Positions 10,725 through 19,838 of a stretch of 64,000 nucleotides of DNA are shown here, piece after piece. Made by a program: the position numbers and the translations under genes. Numbering within the stretch: the stretch's first letter is position 1; every line of letters begins with the position of its first letter. The notes below the pieces were generated by a model. That model did no database searches, was not told the origin of the DNA, and was given only the letters and a program-made list of their open reading frames with translations. Origin of the DNA: an uncultured Acidobacteriaceae bacterium (GTDB lineage: Bacteria > Acidobacteriota > Terriglobia > Terriglobales > Acidobacteriaceae); assembly GCA_963827415.1 (NCBI GenBank), contig CAWHBA010000021.1, positions 163,288-227,287 on the forward strand, given 5' to 3'.

Positions 10725-11738
10725 ATGTCTGCTGCGCCGCAATCTGCCCCGCCAAACCCAGAACGAATTTTCAACGCCATCAATGCCTTTCAGCTCACCG
10801 AAGCCATGAAGGCCGCGCTCGACCTGGGCGTCTTCACCGTGATCGCCGAAGGCGCCACAGACGCTGCATCCATCGCCCAACACGTGAACGCCAGCGAACG
10901 CGGCGTACGCATCCTCTGCGACTACCTCACCGTCAAGGGCTTCCTCACCAAGAACGACGGTCGCTATGGTCTCGACCAGGACAGCGCCATCTTCCTCAAT
11001 CGCAACTCTCCCGCCTACATGGGAAGCATTGCCAACTTCCTCGCGAGTGATCATCACCGCGCAGCCCATCACAAAATCGCTGACGCTGTCCGCCAGGGCG
11101 GCTGCGCCGTCAACGATCCTTTCGAGCCCGACGATCCCGTCTGGGTCCTCTTCGCTCGTCACATGATGTCCATGATGGGAATGCCATCTGAGAATCTCGC
11201 CGCGGCGCTCACCAAGGAAGCTCCGGTTCATAAGGTCCTCGACATCGCCGCCGGTCACGGTCTCTTTGGCATCGCCGTCGCGCGCCATAATCCAGGAGCA
11301 CAAATCTACGCCGCCGACTGGCCCAAGGTCCTCGAGGTCGCAAGCGAGAACGCACAGCAGGCCGGAGTCGCCGACCGCCATCACCTCATCCCCGGCAGCG
11401 CGTTCGACACAACCTTCGGCGAAGACTACGATGTCGTGCTTGTCACCAACTTCCTCCACCACTTCGACCGCGAGACCTGCATCAGCTTCCTTCGCAAGGT
11501 GTATGCGTCGCTTGCCCCCGGAGGCCGGGCCGCGATTCTCGAGATGGTCCCGAACCCTGACCGCGTCACCCCGCCCACGCCCGCAGCCTTCAGCCTCATC
11601 ATGTTGGCGTCCACGCCCTCAGGGGACGCCTACACCTACGCCGAGCTAGCCTCGATGGCACAGGCCGCCGGCTTCTCGCGCGTCATCCCGTCCGATGCTC
11701 CGGTCATGCCCGAGCAACTCGTCCTCGCCTACAAGTAG
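10725..11738 (+). CDS. Class I SAM-dependent O-methyltransferase (dimerisation domain + MT domain)
   Basis: ATG at 10725 lies 6 nt after GGAG. SAM motif VLDIAAGHGLFGIAVA. Overall layout matches plant/bacterial-type O-methyltransferase family 2. Confidence 0.7.
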   Translation: MSAAPQSAPPNPERIFNAINAFQLTEAMKAALDLGVFTVIAEGATDAASIAQHVNASERGVRILCDYLTVKGFLTKNDGRYGLDQDSAIFLNRNSPAYMGSIANFLASDHHRAAHHKIADAVRQGGCAVNDPFEPDDPVWVLFARHMMSMMGMPSENLAAALTKEAPVHKVLDIAAGHGLFGIAVARHNPGAQIYAADWPKVLEVASENAQQAGVADRHHLIPGSAFDTTFGEDYDVVLVTNFLHHFDRETCISFLRKVYASLAPGGRAAILEMVPNPDRVTPPTPAAFSLIMLASTPSGDAYTYAELASMAQAAGFSRVIPSDAPVMPEQLVLAYK

Positions 11739-11756
11739 TACCTTCGCAAAACAAAA

Positions 11757-11790
11757 GTGGCCGGCTCAATGCCGGCCACTTCGTCTTTCC
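11757..11790 (+). terminator. Rho-independent terminator after the methyltransferase
   Basis: GTGGCCGGC-TCAAT-GCCGGCCAC followed by TTCGTCTTTCC. Confidence 0.65.
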
Positions 11791-11919
11791 AAACCATTCG
11801 TTCTTACAAATTAGCCGCGCACAAACCCTTCCCGCCCTAGCCCCGCCTTCTTTGTTATCGTGGACCCACAGACGATTCACCACGTTTCGCGTCACGAACC
11901 AACGAAAGGGATTTCAGCA

Positions 11920-12957
11920 ATGCGGATTGGAATGCTTACCGGGGGCGGCGATTGCCCCGGCCTCAACGCCGTTATTCGCGCCGCCGTGCGCAAAGGCATC
12001 AACCATTACGGCGACGAATTCGTCGGCTTTATGGAAGGCTGGCGCGGCGTCATCGAAGACAAAACCATGCCGCTCAATCTCGAGACCACCAGCGGCATCC
12101 TGCACCGCGGCGGCACGATCCTTCGCTCCTCGCGTACCAATGTCAAAAAAGTAGAAAACGGCTTCGAGCGCTGCCTCACCAACATCAGGAAGCACAACCT
12201 CGATGCCCTCATCGCCCTCGGCGGCGACGACACACAGTCCATCTCCGTCGAACTCATCGCCCGCGGTGTGCCCTGCGTCGGCGTTCCCAAGACAATCGAC
12301 AACGACCTCTCCGGCACCGACGTCTGCTTCGGTTTCGACACCGCCGTCACCATCGCCACCGAGGCCGTCGATCGCCTCCACTCCACGACGGAAGCGCACT
12401 CCCGCGTGCAGGTCGTCGAAGTCATGGGCCGCGACGCCGGCTGGATCGCCATCACCGTCGGTCTCGCCGGCGGCGCCGACGTCATCCTCACGCCCGAGCG
12501 CCCCATCGACATGGATCACGTCGTCGCTCTCCTCAAGAAGCGTTGGGAGTCCGGCAAGCGATTCGCCCTCGTCGTCGTCGCCGAAGGCGCGCAACTCCCG
12601 ACCGTCGAAGGCCAGATCTCCGCCGGCAGCAAGGTCGACTCCTTCGGCCACGTCCGACTCTCCGGAATCGGGCAAGCACTGGCGGAAGAAATAGAAAAGC
12701 GCACTGGCTACGAGACGCGCAGTGTCAACCTCGGCCACACGCAGCGCGGCGGCACGCCCACCGCCTATGACCGCATGCTCGCTACGCGCTACGGCGTCGC
12801 GGCCATCGACCTCGTACACGCCGGCAAGTTCGGCCGTCTCGTCGTCCTCAAGGGCACGCAAATCTCCGACATCCCACTCCAGGACGCGATCGCCAAAACC
12901 CGTACTGTCGGAGACGATCTCTTCGCTGTGCAGGCGTCGCTCGAACCGAAGCTCTAA
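11920..12957 (+). CDS. pfkA: 6-phosphofructokinase (PfkA family)
   Basis: MRIGMLTGGGDCPGLNAVIRAAVRKG.., PKTIDNDLSGTD, EVMGRDAGWIA, LGHTQRGG. AAGGGA lies upstream of ATG 11920. Confidence 0.85.
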   Translation: MRIGMLTGGGDCPGLNAVIRAAVRKGINHYGDEFVGFMEGWRGVIEDKTMPLNLETTSGILHRGGTILRSSRTNVKKVENGFERCLTNIRKHNLDALIALGGDDTQSISVELIARGVPCVGVPKTIDNDLSGTDVCFGFDTAVTIATEAVDRLHSTTEAHSRVQVVEVMGRDAGWIAITVGLAGGADVILTPERPIDMDHVVALLKKRWESGKRFALVVVAEGAQLPTVEGQISAGSKVDSFGHVRLSGIGQALAEEIEKRTGYETRSVNLGHTQRGGTPTAYDRMLATRYGVAAIDLVHAGKFGRLVVLKGTQISDIPLQDAIAKTRTVGDDLFAVQASLEPKL

Positions 12958-12985
12958 CTCGCAACCATTCTCTCCAGCAAGCACA

Positions 12986-13013
12986 AACGGGACCCCCTTG
13001 GGGAGGTCCCGTT
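12986..13013. terminator. Strong GC hairpin downstream of pfkA; T-rich tail only on the minus strand
   Basis: AACGGGACC..(CCCTTGGGGA)..GGTCCCGTT. The minus-strand reading is followed by TTTGTGCTTGC. Confidence 0.5.
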
Positions 13014-13205
13014 CGCTGGAGGTTACAGCTGATTGCTCAGCCGTTCGGAGTTTCGAGGAGTGAAGCTCCTGCAGCGCGCAACAGTCTAGTTCCGCTCAAT
13101 GCCGTTCTACATCGAAGCGTAACCCAATGACCTGAAGCTGACTGGTAACAGCCAAGCTACCAGAAACTCCGAAGCTCGCGCTGAGTGATTCTTGGCGATT
13201 TATAT
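12986..13205 (-). ncRNA. Candidate structured small RNA, unit A (unclassified)
   Basis: Non-coding gap. Long-range pairing CTCAGC..CGGAGTTTC with GAAACTCCG..GCTGAG. Internal hairpins CTGGTA-N9-TACCAG and GGAG-CTTCA-CTCC. Ends in the terminator-like hairpin at 12986-13013. Confidence 0.25.
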
Positions 13206-13215
13206 CGTCAAACGC

Positions 13216-13440
13216 AAAAAAAACGGGACTCCGCAAGGGAGTCCCGCTCACCAGGCACGGTTGATTGCTCAACCGCGGAGGAAACCTCTTTTAGCGTCCC
13301 GGCAACTTTCCCCAAGAGAACCGGTGCGCCACAGTCAGCGAAGATGTCGCTTGCTGTTACCTCAAAACCTAACAGAGCGCCACGGTACTTACGTCCGGGC
13401 ATTGGTAACCGAAAGCCCTAGTCTTTGGGTCGGCTCGCAA
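13216..13440 (-). ncRNA. Candidate structured small RNA, unit B (paralogous 3' end to unit A)
   Basis: The minus strand ends with CGGGACTCC-CTTGC-GGAGTCCCG followed by T x8 (13216-13223). No minus-strand gene lies upstream of it. Shares TGAGCAATCA(G/A)C.GT plus hairpin with unit A. Internal hairpins CTGTTA-N9-TAACAG and GCGA-CATCT-TCGC. Confidence 0.25.
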
Positions 13441-13599
13441 GCGTCCGCTCCGGCACTCTCGTAATCCCCAAAATATATCCGCGTCCTCCGACACAACGAT
13501 CCCGTCTACTCACTGTCGCTGCTTGCATCTTTCGCATCAAGCGGTTACAGCGACGGCCTCGCTCACTAAGCGCTTGGTATCCTGAAACCTGCCCTGCAA

Positions 13600-14043
13600 A
13601 TGACCCACCGCCTCAAAGCCTCCCAGTACGCCGTCCTGATCTGCATCATGCTCACCGCCTCCGTGGGCGACACCCTGCTCTCGCGCGGCATGGCCCAGGT
13701 CGGCCCCGTCGACCTCCACCACCTCAACCTGCTCTGGCACGCGCTCTTCAACCCCTTCGTCGACCTTGGCATCATCCTGCTCATCGGCTTCTTCGCCAGC
13801 TACATGACCGCGCTCTCCTGGGCCGACCTCACCTTCGTCATGCCCGCTACAGCGTTCGGCTACGTCGTCGTCGCTCTCCTCAGCCGCTTCTGGCTGCACG
13901 AGCACCTCTCCATTTACCGCTGGATCGGCATCATCCTCATCACGTCGGCCGTCGGCTTCGTCGCCAACTCCCCCTCGCGCACCGAGCACCCAGGCGAACC
14001 TCCGCACGAGCTTCCCCTCATGGACTCCGGAGTCGGCCGCTGA
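13600..14043 (+). CDS. Half-size EamA/DMT-like membrane protein (4 TM predicted by eye)
   Basis: 147-aa hydrophobic ORF (..VLICIMLTASVGDTLLSRGM..IILLIGFFASYMTALSWADLTFVMPATAFGYVVVALLSRFWLHE..). Its stop overlaps the next start (TGATG). Confidence 0.55.
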   Translation: MTHRLKASQYAVLICIMLTASVGDTLLSRGMAQVGPVDLHHLNLLWHALFNPFVDLGIILLIGFFASYMTALSWADLTFVMPATAFGYVVVALLSRFWLHEHLSIYRWIGIILITSAVGFVANSPSRTEHPGEPPHELPLMDSGVGR

Positions 14044-14471
14044 TGCACACGCTCGCGCTCGCCGCCTTCATCGCCCACAGCTCGGAAATCATTCGCAGCT
14101 GGTCCTGCATTGTGTTCGTCGCCGCCCTCGCCATCGCCGGCGAATGCCTCATCGCCGCAGCCATGCGCAAACTCGGCGACCTCGACGCGCTCCGCACCGG
14201 CACCGGCCTGCGCAGCTACCTCGGCCCCATCCGCGCGGTGCTCTCCTCGCCCATCTTTCTCATCGGGGCGCTCTGCATGGCGCTCAACTTCTTCGCCATG
14301 CTCTTCACACTCTCGCTCGTCGACCTCTCGCTCGCCGCCCCCGCCATCGGCTCGCTCACCTACGTCGGCAACGCCATCGCCGCAAAGCTCTTCCTTCACG
14401 AAAACGTCGACCGCCGCCGCTGGCTCGCCACCAGCTTCCTCGCCATCGGCGTCGTCCTGGTTTCTCGATAA
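14043..14471 (+). CDS. Half-size EamA/DMT-like membrane protein, partner of the preceding gene
   Basis: 142-aa hydrophobic ORF from ATG 14043 (..FLIGALCMALNFFAMLFTLSLVDLSLAAPAIGSLTYVGNAIAAKLFLHE..). The longer 348-aa version in the ORF track is an Arg/Pro-rich out-of-frame extension. Confidence 0.55.
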   Translation: MHTLALAAFIAHSSEIIRSWSCIVFVAALAIAGECLIAAAMRKLGDLDALRTGTGLRSYLGPIRAVLSSPIFLIGALCMALNFFAMLFTLSLVDLSLAAPAIGSLTYVGNAIAAKLFLHENVDRRRWLATSFLAIGVVLVSR

Positions 14472-14481
14472 CTGCGTCTCG

Positions 14482-15922
14482 CTAGCCGCGCGCCAGCATC
14501 CGCATTAACCCACGCGCCGGCAACTCCGGCGTGAGAAACTGCTGCGTCCCACCCGCAGCTCTCGCCACTCTCTCCGCCGCGATCCTTCCACTCCGCGCCG
14601 CGCCCTCCATCGTCGAAGGCCAGTCCGTCTTCGTCCAATCGCCGGCAAGATACAGCCCATCGCCACACGCATCCGGCTCGGGCCTGAACCGCTCCAGCCC
14701 CGGCGTCACTGAGAATGTCGCCCGCGCCTCCTTCAGCACACCCGCGCGCACAATCTTCGCTGCGCGCGCCGCCGGAAAGAAGCTCTTCAGCTCCTCAATC
14801 GCCGATGACAGAATCTCCTCACGCGTCTTCTTCAACTCCGCAAGTGACGCGCTGATCACCAGCTCGTAATAGTGCTCGCCACGCCTCACTCCGCCGAATC
14901 CGCGACTTGTTGAACATCCACTGAATCCGCGTATCCAGCAGCGCCGCGTGCTCAATCTCCGTCACCTCGCGGTCCAGCCACAGATGAATCGTCGTAATCG
15001 GCGCATGCATAAATTGCGCGAAGCTCTCCATCACTGCGCGCTGCGCCGCGCTCGGCTCCGCAATCGTCCCCAGCAGCTTCTGTGCCTGCTCAAACGGCAG
15101 CGCCAGCACCAGCGCCTTCGCCGAGACAACCGCGCCATCGCCCATCACTGCGCGCCAAACACGATCCGTCTGCTCAATCTTCTCCACACTCGCGCGCAGC
15201 CGCACCTCAGTTCCCTGCCGCTCCGCCAGCCCCGACAACGCCGCGTAAAACTCCGACATCGGCTCCGCCGGAATCCCGAACCGTCCGCCCTCCGCAGACT
15301 TCAGCAGCGACTCATACATCACCTTCGCCGCATACCGCGTCGAGGTCCGCTCGAACGTATCGTTCAGCGTGCTCACCACAATCGGCTCCCAGAAGTGCTT
15401 CACCGCATGCTGCGTCTGCCCGGTCCTCCGAACCCACTCCGAGAACGCCTCATCATCGTTCGCCGGAATCCCGCGCATGAACTCCATCAGCCCGCGCGCA
15501 ATGCCTGCTTTGTCACGCACGCTCAACATCGGCGCACCCAGAAAACTCATCATTGAATGCGCCGGCGACGGCAAGCCACCCGGCACAAGATCGCTCCTCC
15601 GCGCCTCGCCGCCATCGCGCCCCGGCTCAAGAAACGGAATCGCGTCGTACCATCGAATCTTTCGCTCCGTCCCCGCCAGCCTGCACAGATCAATCAGATT
15701 CGTGCAGCACCCCAGCAGCACATGCTGCGAATCGATCACCTCATTCAGCGCCGGATGCAGATATGAGTACGCCCGTCCACCCACATACGGCTTGCGTTCC
15801 AGAAGCACGACGCGAGCTCCCGCTCCGCTTAGCGCCACTGCCGCTGCGAGGCCCGCGGCCCCCGCGCCCACTATTACTACGTCGGCTGCCTCGCTCACGC
15901 CTGCCGTCTCCGCAGCCGCCAC
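14482..15922 (-). pseudogene. hpnE: Hydroxysqualene dehydroxylase HpnE (FAD amine-oxidase fold), one frameshift as sequenced
   Basis: N-part has VVIVGAGAAGLAAAVAL..LLERKPYVGGRA. The reading frame changes near 14895-14905 (..RIQWMFNKSR / GFGGVRRGEHYYELVISAS..LYLAGDWTKTDWPSTMEGAARSG). It follows hpnC-hpnD. Confidence 0.75.
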
Positions 15923-16887
15923 GCCTCAAACATCCCGCGACCCAGAATCACCAGCTTCGTCACCGTAGGCACCGACACGCGCTTGTGAAACACCGCCGCA
16001 GGATGCGCCGAGATCCTGTCCAGCAGCCCTTCATAGATCGACACCAGCACCCGCATCGCTGGCCGCGAGTCTGCATCCAGCAGCGGAATCAACTCTTCCG
16101 CGTCGCGATAGAACACACCTGCGCGCTTCACCTCGCGGTTCACCAGGTCCACCATCTCTTCGGTGATCACCACGCCGCGCGTGGCCAGCAGCAGATCCTC
16201 CAGATGCACATGCTCATGCTGCAACTCTGCCAGCGGCAGATACACCCGTCCGCGCTCCGCATCCTCCTTTACATCGCGCAGGATATTCGTCAGCTGAAAC
16301 GCTATGCCTACGTGCTCCGCATAGTGTTCCGCGCGTTCATCCGTGTAGCCAAAGATGCGAATGCACACCAACCCCACTACCGACGCCACCAGGTAGCAGT
16401 ACCGGTACAGTTCCTCGAACGTCCGATAGACCTGGAAGCTGTTCGTCGTATGCCCGCCCTCAGTAATCCGGATCGACCGCACGTGCTCGATGCCCGGCTG
16501 ATTCTCCTGCAAATCGAGCGTCGTTCCCTCAACCAGCTTCTCCAGCAGTTCATCGCTGATCCCGAACCGCCGCTGCGTATCGTTCAGGGCTACGAACACC
16601 GGATCCTGCGTTGTGCCACCTGTGGACTTTGCGCGCGCCGCTCTCCATTCCGCGGTCCACTTGGCCATCGCTTCGCGCCGCTGCTCAATTGTCAGCCGCT
16701 CATCGTCGGCAAGATCATCCGCCTTGCGCATGAACGCATACACCGCGCACATCGCGTCGGACTTATGCTGCGGCAGCACGCGAAACGCCCAGTAAAAGTT
16801 CTTCGCCTCGCGCCTGGCAATCTCGCGACACACCGCATACGCCTGCTCGAGTGCAGCAGTTCTTACCTCGTTCCCCACCCCGTTCAT
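15895..16887 (-). CDS. hpnD: Presqualene diphosphate synthase HpnD (squalene/phytoene synthase family)
   Basis: 330 aa; ..NFYWAFRVLPQHKSDAMCAVYAFMRKADDLADD.., ..FQLTNILRDVKEDAERGRVYLP... ATGA overlap with the hpnC stop. Confidence 0.8.
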   Translation of the reverse strand: MNGVGNEVRTAALEQAYAVCREIARREAKNFYWAFRVLPQHKSDAMCAVYAFMRKADDLADDERLTIEQRREAMAKWTAEWRAARAKSTGGTTQDPVFVALNDTQRRFGISDELLEKLVEGTTLDLQENQPGIEHVRSIRITEGGHTTNSFQVYRTFEELYRYCYLVASVVGLVCIRIFGYTDERAEHYAEHVGIAFQLTNILRDVKEDAERGRVYLPLAELQHEHVHLEDLLLATRGVVITEEMVDLVNREVKRAGVFYRDAEELIPLLDADSRPAMRVLVSIYEGLLDRISAHPAAVFHKRVSVPTVTKLVILGRGMFEAWRLRRRQA

Positions 16888-17867
16888 GCAGCGCGTCCCT
16901 GCGGCGAACTCCTTCCTCTCAGTGCCGCGCTCACACGTCCCACCAACGCCCCGCCCAGCAACCTTAACTTCACCGCCTTCGTCACCACCGGCCGGTCCTG
17001 CAGCGTGTCATAATCCTGCGCCGCAATCGCATCCAGAATCGCGTTTCCGCCTCTCACAAACAACCGCAATGTCGCCGCCAGGTCGCGCTCCACCATCGTG
17101 GTGAGCTTCGATCCGCGCTGCAGCCGCGCCCTTGCATCGGCAACAAGGAACTGCATCATCGCGCGAAGGTTCGCATCGAACCGCCGCGCTTCAATCTGCG
17201 CGTCCGTCACGTTGAAGCGCTTCATCACATCCGCCGGCAGATACCTTCGTCCGCGGTCTACCCAGTCCGTCACAACATCCTGGTAGAAGTTCGCCAACTG
17301 AAGCCCGGTGCAGATTTCATCCGATAGCCGCATCATCTCTTCGTCGTGATATCCGCTCAGCAGCAACACCAGCCGTCCCACCGGATTGGCCGAATACTTC
17401 GAGTATTCCTCGAGCGTTTTCAGCGACTCATGCTTCGTGTACACCTGGTCCTGTTGGAACGCCGTGATCAGGTTGTCGAACGGCTCGATCGGAAGCCCGC
17501 ACTCCTTGATCGTCGGCTGCAGCGCAACATACACCGGATGCCGCGACAGTTCCGGATGCTCGAAACACTCATGCAGCATCGCGCGCCATTCGTTCAGCAG
17601 CCGCGTCGCCGTCTTCGTATCGCCGACCTCATCGCCCAGATCATCCGAGGTTCTGCAGAACGCATACACGCTGTAGAAGTGCGGCCGCAGACGCTTCGGC
17701 AGAAAGATCGACGTCACATGAAAGTTCTCGTAGTGCGTCGTAGCCAACTGCCTGCACCACATCAGCGCATGCTCCAGCGAAGGCCGCGTCACCGGCGTCA
17801 GATAGATCTCCGGAGCGCCGTCCAGAGAACCGAACGGATGCACCACGCCCTGCGGCCGCGTACTCAT
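16884..17867 (-). CDS. hpnC: Hydroxysqualene synthase HpnC (squalene/phytoene synthase family)
   Basis: From ATG 17867: MSTRPQGV..THYENFHVTSIFLPKRLRPHFYSVYAFCRTSDDLGDE..LQLANFYQDVVTDWVDRGRRYLP. No stop separates it from the upstream ADH reading frame. Confidence 0.8.
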   Translation of the reverse strand: MSTRPQGVVHPFGSLDGAPEIYLTPVTRPSLEHALMWCRQLATTHYENFHVTSIFLPKRLRPHFYSVYAFCRTSDDLGDEVGDTKTATRLLNEWRAMLHECFEHPELSRHPVYVALQPTIKECGLPIEPFDNLITAFQQDQVYTKHESLKTLEEYSKYSANPVGRLVLLLSGYHDEEMMRLSDEICTGLQLANFYQDVVTDWVDRGRRYLPADVMKRFNVTDAQIEARRFDANLRAMMQFLVADARARLQRGSKLTTMVERDLAATLRLFVRGGNAILDAIAAQDYDTLQDRPVVTKAVKLRLLGGALVGRVSAALRGRSSPQGRAA

Positions 17868-18983
17868 CGTCCCTCCCCTACAAGCTCTGCCGCCGCGCTC
17901 TTCATCTCCGCCGCGGGAACGCTGATGAGGATAGATCACGGTCTTGATCTCCGGCGCCGTTCCCTCTGCCGGCCGCGTCAGCATACGCTCAAATACCCTC
18001 GGCACGTCATCCAGCGTCGCCGTCCCCGTCAAAAACGCATCCGCGTTGAACCTGCCCGACCCAATCATCGCAAACGCACGCCGAACCGTACCAGGCGTGT
18101 GATGGAAGCTCGCCTTCAGCGTCAGATCGTTGTAGTGAATCAGATTCGTATCCAGCTTCACCTCGGTCCCCGCTGGCGGTCCGCCAAACCAATTCACCAC
18201 GCCGCCTTTGCGCACCATCTGCGCGGTCCACTGCCACGCTTCCGGCGTCGCCACCGCCTCAAATACAAGGTCCGCGCCGCGACCCTCCGGCGTCAGCGCA
18301 CGCGCCGCCTGAACCGGATCCTCAACCTCCGCAATGCGCACCACCTGCTCCGCTCCAAACAACTTTGCCGTTACCACCTGGTCCGTGCGCTTCACCACCG
18401 CGATTACATGCAGCCCTTCGATTGCAGCCGCATGAATAAACAGCAGCCCGATCGGTCCCGCGCCCAGCACAATCGCCGTCTGCCCAGCCTTCGCATCCGA
18501 CTCCTCGAGCCCGCGCATCACGCACGCCAGCGGCTCTGTCAACGCCGCATGCTCCGCGCTCATGCTCTCCGGGATCCGCAGCGTGTTCTTCTGCACAATT
18601 CGCTCTGGCACCCGCAGATACTCCGCATACGCTCCGTTGTTGAACAGCAGATCGTCGCACAGATTCTGCTGCCCCTGTTTGCAGTAAAAGCACTGATCGC
18701 ATGGCGCCGAGTTCAGCGGAACCACGCGCTCACCCACCCGAAACGCCGTCACGCCTTCGCCGGCCTCGGCAACCGTCCCGGCAATCTCATGCCCAAACAG
18801 CCGGTCCCTGGTCAGCATCTTCGCGTGGTAACCCCGCCGGAAGACCTTCAGGTCTGTCCCGCAGGTCAGGGCCGCATCCACCCGCACCACCAGCTCGCCC
18901 GGACTGGCCTTCGGCATCGGCACCTGCTCAATCTGCAGGTGCTCTTTTCCCCGAAGCACAGCGGCCTTCATCTTGGCGTACAT
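17868..18983 (-). CDS. Zn-dependent MDR alcohol dehydrogenase, reading in-frame into hpnC through a 20-aa Arg/Gly linker (no stop)
   Basis: MYAKMKAAVL..CGTDLKVFRRG..GHEIAGTV..CDQCFYCKQGQQNLC..VLGAGPIGLL.. ends with the family-typical ..EIKTVIYP at ~17928. It then continues HQRSRGGDEERGGRACRGGT-M(hpnC). Confidence 0.7.
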
Positions 18984-19054
18984 GACTCTATTCTCGCACT
19001 TTCCGCGCACCGAGGTTCTCGCAAGACCTGTTACTCTTACCCACAGCGGACCGA

Positions 19055-19835
19055 ATGAGAATTCCCTCCCCAGAGGCCTACGCAAAGCGCATCGTCGCCT
19101 CCGTGCAGGAGTACTCCCTGCTGACATGGCACGCCGTCGCAGCCATCTTCTCCCGGCCACGATACATCGACGACACCTTCACCCAGATGGACTTCGTCGG
19201 CTTCGGCTCCTTGCCCATCGTTATCCTCACCGGCTTCTTCACCGGCTGCGTGCTCACGCTCCAGTCCGCCACTTCGCTCAAGCAGTTCGGCGCCGTCAAC
19301 ATGACCGGCCGCCTCGTCGCGCTCTCCATGGTCAAGGAGCTCGGCCCCGTCCTCACCGGCCTCATGGTCTCCGGCCGCAACGCCTCGGGAATGGCCAGCG
19401 AGCTCGGCTCCATGAAGGTCTCCGAGCAGATCGACGCCATGCGCGCTCTCGGCACCGACCCCGTCCGCAAGCTGGTCGCGCCGCGCCTCGTCGCGACCGT
19501 CTTCATGCTTTTCTTCCTTACCATCATCTCCGACGCCACCGGCGTCGCCGGCGGCGCGCTCGTCGCCGTCGGCCTGCTCGGCCTCAACGGCAGCGCGTTC
19601 TTCCACACCGCCTATCACTCGCTCGTCTACGGCGACGTCATCGAGGGCCTCACCAAGCCGCTCTTCTCCGGCTTCATCATCGCCACCATCGGCTGCTTCT
19701 ACGGCCTGCGCACCACCGGCGGAACCGAGGGCGTCGGGCGCTCCACCACCCAGGCCGTCGTCGTCAGCTCCGTGCTCATCATTCTCTTCGACTTCCTCGT
19801 CACGAAGATGATGATCGGCGTTCTTCGGGAGATAG
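19055..19835 (+). pseudogene. mlaE: MlaE-family ABC permease; terminal frameshift as sequenced
   Basis: ..GFGSLPIVILTGFFTGCVLTLQSA..ELGPVLTGLMVSGRNASGMASELGSMKVSEQIDAMRALG... The in-frame ORF runs 60 codons into mlaF. A +1 frame gives ..FFGR-TAG at 19833, 3 nt before ATG 19839. Confidence 0.7.
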
Positions 19836-19838
19836 CCG

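Noticed and set aside
12986-13440. Identity of the structured gap as RNase P RNA, tmRNA, SRP RNA or 6S RNA
   Set aside because: I could not find the RNase P GGAAAGTCCGGGC / ACAGAA.CCGGCTTA boxes, a tmRNA tag ORF with a tRNA-like CCA end, or the SRP GGAA/AGCA domain IV motifs. It is kept only as unclassified sRNA candidates.
13425-14042. N-terminal 206 codons of the 348-aa ORF 13425-14471
   Set aside because: This Pro/Arg/His-rich stretch overlaps the intergenic gap and, out of frame, the first EamA gene. The credible gene starts at ATG 14043.
15553-19058. Large plus-strand ORFs (486 aa and 570 aa) opposite hpnD/hpnC/ADH
   Set aside because: The composition is Arg/His/Pro/Gln-rich and low in complexity, typical of antisense frames in high-GC DNA. 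The minus strand carries clearly recognisable Hpn and ADH proteins.
18973-19838. N-terminal 288 codons of the 566-aa ORF 18973-20673
   Set aside because: It is an out-of-frame reading of mlaE (Arg/His/Pro-rich). Only the part from ~19850 onward is MlaF-like.
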